The notes below the pieces were generated by a model, which made no database searches, had not been told where the DNA came from, and was given only the letters and a program-made list of their open reading frames with translations. Shown here in pieces: positions 19,229-28,601 of a stretch of DNA of 64,000 nucleotides; within the stretch, counting starts at the first letter, position 1; every line of letters starts with the position of its first letter. The translations under genes were made by a program, and so were the position numbers. The stretch is from Spirochaetia bacterium (GTDB taxonomy: Bacteria > Spirochaetota > Spirochaetia > SZUA-6 > Bin103): contig CBDBDQ010000005.1 in assembly GCA_965203905.1 (NCBI GenBank), positions 3,680,001-3,744,000 on the forward strand, read 5' to 3'.

Positions 19229-19876
19229 ATGGTGAATATCCCGGTCGCAAAGCCCAAGAGCGGGGTCACGCTGGAAGACTACGGCATCGTCCTGCCTGCC
19301 AAGGTACGGGAGCTGATAGCGTGCGTGCTGCTCTCGGAAGAGGATATACAGCGCAGGGTTGAGGAGCTGGCGAAGGAGATCGGCAGGACCTATGCCGGAG
19401 AAGAAGAGCTGATCCTGCTGCCCATCCTGACCGGCGCGGTGTTCCTGGCCACCGATATCGGCAGGGCCTTGGCCAGAACCAGCTCACTGAACATCAAGTA
19501 CGACCTGACCAAGGCCTCCTCCTACGAGAGCAAGAAGCAACAGGCGGTACAGATTCAACTGGAGCCGGTCGGCGTCCAGGGCAAGAGCGTCCTGCTGCTG
19601 GATGACGTGCTAGACCGCGGCACCACCATGGCCACGCTGCGCGCCAAGCTGCAGGAGTGGGGTGCCAAGGACATCAGGGCGTGTGTGATGTTCAACAAGC
19701 TGCCGAGAGACCCCGATCAGGAGGTGCTGACGCAACGGCGGGCGGCCAGCCCCGAGTTCGTCGGCTTCGAGGTTCCGGTGATCGACGGCCAGAGTCCCTG
19801 GATCGGCGGCTACGGCCTGGACTCCACCAACACCTATCACCTGCGGCACCTGCCCTGCCTGGTCGCGATCAAGTAG
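19229..19876 (+). CDS. Hypoxanthine phosphoribosyltransferase-like type I PRTase
   Basis: LLSEEDIQRRVEELA, ILTGAVFL, VLLLDDVLDRGTT PRPP loop and GYGLD. Confidence 0.82.
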   Translation: MVNIPVAKPKSGVTLEDYGIVLPAKVRELIACVLLSEEDIQRRVEELAKEIGRTYAGEEELILLPILTGAVFLATDIGRALARTSSLNIKYDLTKASSYESKKQQAVQIQLEPVGVQGKSVLLLDDVLDRGTTMATLRAKLQEWGAKDIRACVMFNKLPRDPDQEVLTQRRAASPEFVGFEVPVIDGQSPWIGGYGLDSTNTYHLRHLPCLVAIK

Positions 19877-19883
19877 CGACGGG

Positions 19884-20810
19884 TCACGTCTCGGTGTCCA
19901 CGTACCAGGCGGGGTCGTGCGGCAGGAACTCCTGCGTCGTCCAGGTGAGGTCGCGCGGGATCACCTCGCGATAGATCGGATTGGCGACGCGTACCGGCGT
20001 GTCGCGCGCCACCAGCCCCAGGTCGCGCACGTACCGCAGGTCGTCGGGGCGGATGGTCGTGGTCGTCTCGGTGCCGCTCAGCAGCGGGCCGATCACCCGC
20101 CGCACGCGCTCCTCCTGCAGCTTGTCGGTGAGCTGGTCCAGATGGGTCTCCCGACGCAGGATGATCCGCTCGCGGGCGGAGTGGATCGCCTCGGCGGTGA
20201 TGACCCGGCCGCGGTCGTGCGCCGCCGCGTCGGCGAAGCACGCCTCCTGAGCCAAGGCGTTGACCAGCCACGGCTGGCCGGCGGTCAGCTCCCACACGGC
20301 TTGCAGCGCCACGTCAGCGAACCGCTGCCCGGTCTCCGCGGTGTGCTGCGCGAGCAGATCGCATACGTCCGCTTCCGAAAAGTCGCCGATGCGCAGCGAG
20401 GCGGCCTTGACGTTGAATGCGCTGCCGCCGGTGATCACCTCGCGCACGTCACGGACGCCGCACAGGATCACGCTCTGCGGGAAGCCGCCTGGCCGTTCGT
20501 CGTAGCCGGCGCGCAACTGGCGCAGGACGGCGATCAGCGTGTCGCCGACCAGCGTGTCGATCTCGTCGATCAGCAGCACCGCAGGTGCGGAGTCCGCCTC
20601 CGCCCAGCGCACCAGCACCTCCTGCAGCGCCCCCTCCGGGCCGAACGTCGTCAGGATGCCGGGCCAGAGGGGCGCCAGGGACTCGTCCCCCAGGGTCCTG
20701 CGCGCGCATGCCCCGCTCGACATGCTCGCGCGCGGTCTGGGCGGACTCGACGTTCACGTAGACGCAGCGGCAGGCGCCCTCGGTTCCGCCGTTCAGCAGG
20801 TCGCGCAGCG
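19884..20810 (-). pseudogene. Degraded AAA-like ATPase
   Basis: VYVNVESAQ, LLIDEIDTL, CGVRDVR, TAGQPWLVNAL and ANPIYREVIPR; Walker A missing, frameshift near 20705, C-terminus appears truncated. Confidence 0.75.
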
Positions 20811-20943
20811 CCGAACCGTAGACGTAGAGGCAGCGCTCCACGCGCTTCGGCTCGGAGACCGATGTCCGTCCAGCCCCCGTCGTCGACGTCGTCGGGTTGC
20901 CCCCGGCTTTCGGCCGTACGATGTACACTGCCAACCATGCAGG

Positions 20944-23900
20944 GTGGTTGCCGAAGCCAGGGATTTTCACGGGGATGGCCTCGTCGCCGGCGCGCTGGTC
21001 CGGTGGGTTCGGCGCGCAGGGTATGGAGTGATTACCGAGGTCGGAGCGACGAGCATCCGCGTCCGATGGGATGACCCGCACGCGCCTGTTCAGTTCAAGC
21101 TCCTCAACCCGCCCCTGCTGCGAGTCGAACTAGCTCCCGGTCACGTGGTCGAATTGAGATCCACGGGTGAAACCGGCGCCGTCCTGAGCCTGGCGTCGCC
21201 GTCGCCGCCGGTGTGGCAAGTGTTCGTTACTCCCTTGAACGGCCAGCCGCCGCGGACGCTCAACGTGCCGGAGACTGACCTGCGGCCGGTACCCGTCATC
21301 GATCCCGTCGAGCGGTTCAGGAGCGGCAACATCGGCTCGCTTCGGCAATACCGGCTCCGGGAAACCACCCTGTGGTACCAGGAGCGCCACCGGTACGACG
21401 ATCTCGTCTCGCTGGGACGGGTGGGGGTGGATCTGAAGGCGCATCAGGTAGCGGTCGTCCACCGGGTGATCTCCGAGTATCCGCACCGCTTCCTGTTGTG
21501 CGACGAGGTTGGCCTCGGCAAGACTATCGAAGCCGGCATGGTACTGAAGGAACTGCGCGCCAGGGGCGGCGCCGAGCGCGTGCTCGCGATTGTTCCCCCA
21601 AACCTGTTGCGTCAGTGGCAATTCGAGATGAAGACCAAGTTCAACGAGAGATTCTCGATATTGAACAGCGCTACCGTGTCCTTCCTGAAGAACCAGGGGT
21701 TCGATGACAATCCGTTCACGTATGGCGACAGCGTGCTGTGCTCGTCGAAGTGGGTTGCCCACCCCAAGTGGGCTGCGGCGTGCGCTGCGGTCGATTGGGA
21801 TCTGGTGATCGTGGATGAGGCTCATCACGTCCGCAGCCGCCGAGAGGGGACTCGCTTACGTAGAACCCGCCTTTACAATCTGGTTCGTGATCTTGCGCCG
21901 CCCGAACACCTGACGCGTGGCATGCTGTTCCTCACCGCCACGCCCATGCAACTCCATACCCACGAGCTCTACTCTCTCGTAGAGTTGCTCGACCCCACTC
22001 TGTTCTCTTCGGAACGTCATTTCGACAGCCATCGCAAGGCGATTCCGGGGCTCTCCCTGCTGGTCGAACGGCTGCTGCACCACGGTGAATTTCCATTGCC
22101 GCAGGAGGATCCGAAAGCGACGACCGGGCAGGTCGCCCGGTGGCTCGAGCAGGGGAGCGATGAAGCCGCCCGGCGACTAGGCGACCCGGCAGGGCGCGAG
22201 CAGCTCGCAGCCGATCTGTCCGCCCGTCATCTGTTGAGCCGGGTGATGATACGCAACCGCAAGGAGATCGTGGGCGGGTTCATGCCGCGCCAAGCGTATC
22301 GCTGGAAGGTCGAGCTGACTGACCGGGAGCATGTTGCGTTGCGTGCCGTGACAGCCTACGTCGAGTTCGGATTTCAGCTCGCGGAAAACCCGGAATTCAG
22401 GGCGATCGGTTTCGTGATGGCGACCTATCAGAAGTTGATGGCATCCAGCGTGGCCGCCGTCCGGCTGGCTCTCGAGAGGCGCCGGCAATAGATACTGAAG
22501 GACTTTGCCACACCGGAGCCGCCGGAGGATCTCGAGACGTGGCTGGACGAGGACGGCGCGGTGGTCGATGCGCTCGGACGGTACCCGGTGGTGAGCGATG
22601 CGGCCGCCGCTGAACTCTCTTTGCTCGACGACGCCGTGACAGCGCTCGGTCTCGTAGCGGACGACTCCAAGGCGCACGTGCTCGCCGATCGGCTCCACAC
22701 CTTGTTCGCCGAGCAGCCGCACGCCAAGGTGCTCGTATTCACCGAGTTTCGCGAAACCCAACGGTTTCTCCGGGAGCTATTGGGGGGCCGGGGTTGGGCC
22801 ATCAACCTGTTTCACGGGCAGCTTGCCGCCGACGAGAAGGACGCCGCCGTGGCCCGCTTCAGGAGTGGCGACGGGCCGCAGATTCTCATCAGTACCGAAG
22901 CCGGCGGCGAAGGCAGAAACCTGCAATTCTGCCACCTGCTGGTCAACTACGACCTGCCATGGAATCCGATGCGAATCGAGCAGAGGATCGGGCGGCTGGA
23001 TCGTATCGGCCAGGAGCGGGTGGTGAGCATCTTCAACTTCGAGGTGAAGGATACGATCGTAGAACGCATCCTTGATGTGCTGGAACACCGTATCGGGTTG
23101 TTCGAGGAGACGGTGGGCGGCCTCGATCCGATCCTCGGCAATACCGAGCAGGAGATCCGCAGGGTCATGCGCCTCGCGGAAGAGAAGAAGACCCAGGCAT
23201 TCGCGGAGTTGGGAAGGCGCCTGGAGCGCGACGTCGCCCGCGCGCGGCGGGCTAGCACGCAACTCGGTGACTTCATCATGGACACCAAGTCGTTCCGACG
23301 GGAGATTGCGGAGCGCGTCGCTGGACGACCGGCGACGGTCGACAATGCCCGTTTCGAGCGCTTCATCCAAGAACTCCTGGGCGCAGCAGGAACGCGCGTG
23401 AAGCGAACCGGCGATGGCTACGAGCTTACGTTCCGCGGCGAATTCCGGGAAACGCATGCGAAGCTGCTACCGGGTGGGGCGAGGATGGCTGCGGTGCTCC
23501 GTCCGGATCTGCGGCCGGACGCCGAGAGCGTGGAGTACATGGCATTCGGTCACCCGGTCATTGATGCGATCGTCGATCAGGTTCTCGAAGATGGCTACGC
23601 CGGTACGACCGGTACCCGCCGCATCCGTGCGGACCGGCAGCTTGCTCCCGTCAGCGGCTGGTTGTTTACGTTTCAGTTTACGGCGCCCGGCGTGCGGACA
23701 GGGAACATCTCGTGCCGGTGTTGGTGAGCGACATCGGCCGCGTCGATACGGAAGCCGGCCGCCTCATCATGGAGCGGGGAGGCTCGTTCGACCCCGAAGA
23801 GCGGGAGATCGATAGATCGCGCATCCCCGCCAACCTCGATAACGCGGTGCTCCTGGCAAACGATTTCGCCCATGCCGAGCAGCGGAAACTGCAACAAGAC

Positions 23901-24257
23901 GCCGAGCGCAAGGCAGGTCCCCGGGTCGATGAGGAAGTGGGCAGAATCGAGGCGTGGTTCGCCTATCGAGAACGAGTGGCCCGTGATCGTGTAGCCGCAA
24001 CCTGCGCCACGTTGCATCGCCTCCGTGGCAGTGACGACGATGCGACGCGGCGGATTCTTCGCGTGTGGGAGGCAAATCTGCGGCGCGACGAGGAACTTCC
24101 CAACCGGCTCGCAGCCGAGCGTCGGCGCCGCATCGCCGCTGCGGAGCAGTTCCGCCACCCGCAGGTTTCGTGGGCGTTGAAGTCCCTCGGCAGAATCGAG
24201 GTGGTAGCGCCGGTCGCTGCCGCTGGTACCCGGGCGCCTGGCACCCGTTTCCGCTGA
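20944..24257 (+). pseudogene. SNF2/RapA(HepA)-like helicase, disrupted
   Basis: DEVGLGKT, DEAHH, LTATP, STEAGGEGRNLQ and QRIGRLDRIGQ; in-frame TAG at 22489-22491 and a frameshift near 23700. Confidence 0.85.
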
Positions 24258-24288
24258 ATGCCTGAAACGTGCCGGGGCCGTGGCATTC

Positions 24289-25215
24289 CTACCGCTTTCG
24301 ACGCACCACCCCCGTGGGGCCGACCAGCAGGACGTCGCCGCGGCGCAACTCGTGCTCCGCATGGCGCAGTGCCCGTTCCGGCTCGATCGCCACGATCGTG
24401 GCGTTGTCGGTGAGCGCCTCGTGCGCGAGCCGTTTCCAGATCTCCTCGACGCTGTGCCGCGCGCTCCAACGCGGCTCGCCGTCCCCTTCCTCGAAGGCGG
24501 CGGCTCCCGCAGGCAGCACGGGGTCGTGGGCACCGTCCGAGGTCAGGACGTAGCGGCCGCCGCGCGGGGTGTGCAGGACGTGGCGCTCGGCCAGGATGCC
24601 GTCCGGCACGCCGATGACGTCGATCAGGCTGTTGTCCGGCCGCGTCGGCCGATAGGGTCCCGCCGGGCGGCCCGTGGCAAGGCGATCGAGCTCCGCGGCA
24701 TGTCCGGCCTCGGTATGATCGGAGGTTAGGCAGCGGAAGGGGCGCCCGGGCTCGACCAGATGCGCGCGGGTGTCGCCGATGTGCACCAGCATCCCGCCGC
24801 CCGGGTCCCAGACCGCGGCGGTGAGGGTGGTGCCGCCGCGGCCGCGAAGCGCTTCCAGCACTTCCCGCTGCGCCGCCTCCAGGGCACTGGCGAGCATGTC
24901 GCGCGGTGAATCGAGGCGGCCCGAGAGGCAGCGCTCGACCACGACGCGGACCGTGTGCCGGCTCGACCAGCCGCCGCCCTGCATGCCGCCCATGCCGTCA
25001 GCGATCACCGCCGCGCAGCGCGGCGAGAAGCCGAAGGCGGGGATCCACAGCAACGCGGCGCCACAGTCCTGCTGGTCGGCGCGCGGACCCTGCTGCATGG
25101 CTGTCGCCAACGTGTCGCCGGCGGCGGAGTGGATCGCCCCGTCCGTGTGGCCTGACAGGCTGATCGCGCCGTCGATCCACGCGCGCAACTCTTTGGAGTG
25201 CCTTCGTATAGCCAT
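24289..25215 (-). CDS. PP2C-family (PPM) Ser/Thr protein phosphatase, copy 2
   Basis: RADQQD, ADGMGG, GGTT, HIGDTR, LTSDHT, TSDG and DNAT. Confidence 0.88.
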   Translation of the reverse strand: MAIRRHSKELRAWIDGAISLSGHTDGAIHSAAGDTLATAMQQGPRADQQDCGAALLWIPAFGFSPRCAAVIADGMGGMQGGGWSSRHTVRVVVERCLSGRLDSPRDMLASALEAAQREVLEALRGRGGTTLTAAVWDPGGGMLVHIGDTRAHLVEPGRPFRCLTSDHTEAGHAAELDRLATGRPAGPYRPTRPDNSLIDVIGVPDGILAERHVLHTPRGGRYVLTSDGAHDPVLPAGAAAFEEGDGEPRWSARHSVEEIWKRLAHEALTDNATIVAIEPERALRHAEHELRRGDVLLVGPTGVVRRKR

Positions 25216-25366
25216 GCCGCAGCTTCGACAGCGTAGTGCGGCGGCGCCGAGCTGTACAGCACACAGTGTCACGGTGTTCGAACGCCTATCCCGCTTCGCT
25301 CACCGGCAGCGTGTCGATCATCCGTTCGTCGGCGCCACCGGCTTGCCGTCCGAGCCGGCAAGTGGG

Positions 25367-26293
25367 TCAGGTGAGCTTCTGACGCAGCACCCCCTTGGGG
25401 CCGACCAGCACTACGTCGCCGAATCGCATACCTTCTTCTTCCGCTCGTTGCAGAACCCGTCCGGGCTCGATCGCGACGACCGTCGCATTGTCGGTGAGCG
25501 TCTCATTGGCGAGCCGCGTCCAGATCGCCTCGATGCTCCGTCGAGCAGACCAGGGCTTCTCGTCTCGCCCTTCTTCGAAGGCCTCGGCAATCGCCCACCG
25601 AACCGGGTCGTGCGCACCGTCCGTGGTCATGACGTATCTGCCGTCGCGCGGGGTATGCAGGACGTGGCGTTCGGACAACACGCCGTGCCGCACGCCGATG
25701 GCGTCGATCAGGCTGCTGTCCGGTTCGGTCGGCCGGTACGGTTCGGTCGGCCGTGCGGCGGCCAGCCGGTCGAGCGCGTCGGAATCTCCCGCCCTGGTGT
25801 GATCGGCGGTCAGGCACCGGAGTGGGCGACCGGGTTCGATCAGGTACGCACGGGTGTCACCGGTGTGGACGAGCATCCCGCTGCGCCGCTTCCACACCGC
25901 GGCGGTCAGGGTCGTGCCGCCGCGGCCGCCGAGCGCGGCGAGCACCTCCCGCTGCGCGTCGGCCAGAGCGCTCGCGAGCCTGTCGCGCGGCGTGTCGTAA
26001 TCGCCGAAGAGGCACCGCTCCACGACGATCTCGACCGACCGCCGGCTTGCCCAGCCGCCGTCCTCCATGCCTCCCATGCCATCCGCGATCACCGCCGCAC
26101 AGTGCGGCGAGAGCACGCCGCCGCGTGGAATCCAGAGCACTGCCGCCACGCAGTCCTGCTGCTCCGGGCGCGGCCCTTGCTGCATGCCGATCGCCATCGC
26201 GTCGTCCACGGCGGCGTGGATCGCTCCGTCCGTATGGCCGACAAGGCCGACGGCTTCGCTGATCCACGCGCCGAGGTCATTGGACTTACCCAT
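25367..26293 (-). CDS. PP2C-family (PPM) Ser/Thr protein phosphatase, copy 1
   Basis: RPEQQD, ADGMGG, GGTT, HTGDTR, TTDG and DNAT; GAGGAGG RBS. Confidence 0.88.
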   Translation of the reverse strand: MGKSNDLGAWISEAVGLVGHTDGAIHAAVDDAMAIGMQQGPRPEQQDCVAAVLWIPRGGVLSPHCAAVIADGMGGMEDGGWASRRSVEIVVERCLFGDYDTPRDRLASALADAQREVLAALGGRGGTTLTAAVWKRRSGMLVHTGDTRAYLIEPGRPLRCLTADHTRAGDSDALDRLAAARPTEPYRPTEPDSSLIDAIGVRHGVLSERHVLHTPRDGRYVMTTDGAHDPVRWAIAEAFEEGRDEKPWSARRSIEAIWTRLANETLTDNATVVAIEPGRVLQRAEEEGMRFGDVVLVGPKGVLRQKLT

Positions 26294-26449
26294 GGTACGC
26301 AAGCCTCCTCGTATGCGCGGACTGACTGCGCCAGTATGCACCGGAGACTCCCACCATGGCGAGCACAACCGGATGACGATCGACCTGATTGCGGGCGATG
26401 AGCCCTGACCGTGCGAGTCGCGAAAGCGCCGCTCCGCGGGTCGTAATGT

Positions 26450-27421
26450 CTATCTTGCGCGCAGCAGGGTGGGGTCGGTGAAGTGGAAGCGGCAGGTGGC
26501 GGTGCCGGCCACCTCGCCGCGGAGGGCGCGCTTCAGCACGCCGGCCAGGCTGAGGATGGCCAGCGCCTGGTGGGGGTCGCAGCGGAACGCGCCGTCGCGC
26601 TGCCACAGGGCGCCGAGGCGGGCGGCCACCCGGCGCAGGGCGGCATGGGCGTCGGCGTGCCGGTAGCCGTGACGCCCGGCGACATGGGCGAGCAGGAAGG
26701 CGGCGTCCATGTCGTGGTAGCCGAGGGCCTCGTGATCGGTGAATGAGCCGTCGGGGCGCTGATTCTCGAGCAGCGCGTCGAACATCTCCTGCGCGCGCGG
26801 CAGATCGCGGCCTGCGTTCAACAGGATCTTGGAGAACATGAAGGTAGCGCTGATGTCGGGGCGCCCCGCGGCATTGGGGAACAGGCCGCTCGCCGGATCC
26901 TGCAGGCCGCGGATGGCGACGAGGAAGGCGTCCGTCCAGCCGGGAGGCGGCGGCGGGATGCTGTGCATCAGCACGGCGCCGAGCCCGTAGCGGTGGTGGG
27001 GGACCGCGGTGTGCGGGTCGGCGTGCGCCGCCACCCAGCGCCGGCAGGTGACGACGTCGCGCAGCGGTTCCAGGACGGCCAGCGGGCGGGCCGGCCGGGC
27101 TCCGAGCATGTTGAGCGCGATCACCGTGTTCATGGTCGCGTGCTGCCAGCTCTGCCGTGCGAACGGGGGATAGCAGTAGGCGCCGCCTTCCGGGCACTGG
27201 AACCGGTTCAGCGTCGCCGCCCAGCGGGCGCGCAGGCCGGGATCGGCGGGCAACTCGTCGATCACCCACCGCAGCATTACCACGTCGTTCAGGTACAGCA
27301 GGTTGGGCAGCGGCTGGTCCCGCCAACGGAAGCAGCCGTACGGCTCGGAGCCGCGCAGCAGGCCCTCGCACAGATCGCGCGCGGCGGCCACCACCGTGTC
27401 GATATCGAAGAGTCGGCTCAC
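26450..27421 (-). CDS. Prenyltransferase/squalene-oxidase-repeat (alpha/alpha toroid) protein
   Basis: Repeats FQCPEGG, LQDPASGLF, NQRPDGSF and WQRDGAF; GTG overlaps the region just after the permease. Confidence 0.55.
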   Translation of the reverse strand: MSRLFDIDTVVAAARDLCEGLLRGSEPYGCFRWRDQPLPNLLYLNDVVMLRWVIDELPADPGLRARWAATLNRFQCPEGGAYCYPPFARQSWQHATMNTVIALNMLGARPARPLAVLEPLRDVVTCRRWVAAHADPHTAVPHHRYGLGAVLMHSIPPPPPGWTDAFLVAIRGLQDPASGLFPNAAGRPDISATFMFSKILLNAGRDLPRAQEMFDALLENQRPDGSFTDHEALGYHDMDAAFLLAHVAGRHGYRHADAHAALRRVAARLGALWQRDGAFRCDPHQALAILSLAGVLKRALRGEVAGTATCRFHFTDPTLLRAR

Positions 27422-27428
27422 ACGGGAA

Positions 27429-28544
27429 TCAATAGGGGTCGGCGGCGTCGCGCATGCCGTCGCCGATAAAGTTGAACGCCAGCACGGTGACGATCACGAA
27501 CAGCGCCGGGATCATCAGCCACAGGTTGAGGTACACGGTCTTGACGTTCTGGGCGGCGCTCAGCAGCACGCCCCAACTCACTACCGGCGGGCGCAGCCCC
27601 AGGCCCAGGAACGACAGCGCGGTCTCGGCCAGGATCATGCTCGGCACCGCCAGGGTCAGGTGCACGATCAGGTAGCTCAGGAACGCCGGCAGCAGGTGGC
27701 GGTACAGGATCGGCCCGGTGCGCGCCCCCGAGACCCGCGCGGCGACCACCATGTCCGAATCGCGCAGCGCGATGATGTAGCCGCGCACCACGCGCGCCAG
27801 CCCGGTCCAGCCGATGATCGACAGGATCAGGATGATCACGAAGTAGACGCGCAGCGCCGGCCAGCTCGGCGGGATGGCGGCGGCCAGCGCCATCCACAGC
27901 GGGATCTGCGGAATCGAGCTGAGGAACTCGATCATGCGCTGGATCGCCATGTCGGCGGTGCCGCCGAAGTAGCCGGAAACGCCGCCCAGGATGCAGCCGA
28001 GCACGAAGCTGATCACCACCCCGACGAAGCCGATCGACAGCGAGATGCGCGCCGCGTAGAACACGCGCGAGAACAGGTCGCGCCCCAGGTTGTCGGTGCC
28101 GAACAGGTAGAACGCGCCCTCGTCCCTGATGCCGAGCAGGTGCAGCCGGCCCGGGAACAGCCCCCACAGCTTGTACTCGTCGCCGCGCACCAGCAGGTGG
28201 ATCGGATAGCGCACCGCCGTGTCCTCCGTGCACTCCAGGGCGAAGGTGTCCATGTTGCGCTCGGTCGTCAGGCGGTACACGAAGGGGCGCAGGTGAAAGC
28301 GGCCGTCGGCATCCACGAAGTGGATCTTCTGCGGCGGGCACAGGATGTAGTCGGAGTCGCGCTCGTAGATGTCGTGGGTGGCGAAGAACTCGCAGAACAG
28401 GGTGCCGGTGACGATGAAGAAGCCGACGATGGCGGTGCCCACCATCGCCAGCCGGTGCGACTTGAACTTGCGCCACATCAGCCGCCACTGCGACGCGATG
28501 TAGTAGGACTCCTGTTCGTAGCGGGCGGCCTTGCGGGTAGTCAT
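27429..28544 (-). CDS. Peptide/nickel ABC transporter permease (DppC-like)
   Basis: FGTDNLGRDLFSR and NFIGDGMRDAADPY; paralog of 12453-13562. Confidence 0.93.
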   Translation of the reverse strand: MTTRKAARYEQESYYIASQWRLMWRKFKSHRLAMVGTAIVGFFIVTGTLFCEFFATHDIYERDSDYILCPPQKIHFVDADGRFHLRPFVYRLTTERNMDTFALECTEDTAVRYPIHLLVRGDEYKLWGLFPGRLHLLGIRDEGAFYLFGTDNLGRDLFSRVFYAARISLSIGFVGVVISFVLGCILGGVSGYFGGTADMAIQRMIEFLSSIPQIPLWMALAAAIPPSWPALRVYFVIILILSIIGWTGLARVVRGYIIALRDSDMVVAARVSGARTGPILYRHLLPAFLSYLIVHLTLAVPSMILAETALSFLGLGLRPPVVSWGVLLSAAQNVKTVYLNLWLMIPALFVIVTVLAFNFIGDGMRDAADPY

Positions 28545-28601
28545 GGGAGTGAGGACGGGTGCCGGCCGGAGCAGGCACCCGCCGCCGTGGAGGTCAGCCG
28601 A

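Noticed and set aside
22489-22491. Programmed TAG read-through (pyrrolysine) in the helicase
   Set aside because: The same gene has a second lesion (a frameshift), TAG is used as a normal stop in this window, and no pyl genes are seen.
20944-26293. Complete DISARM or kinase-based defence operon
   Set aside because: Only a disrupted helicase and phosphatases are present, with no methylase, DrmA/B/C or kinase.
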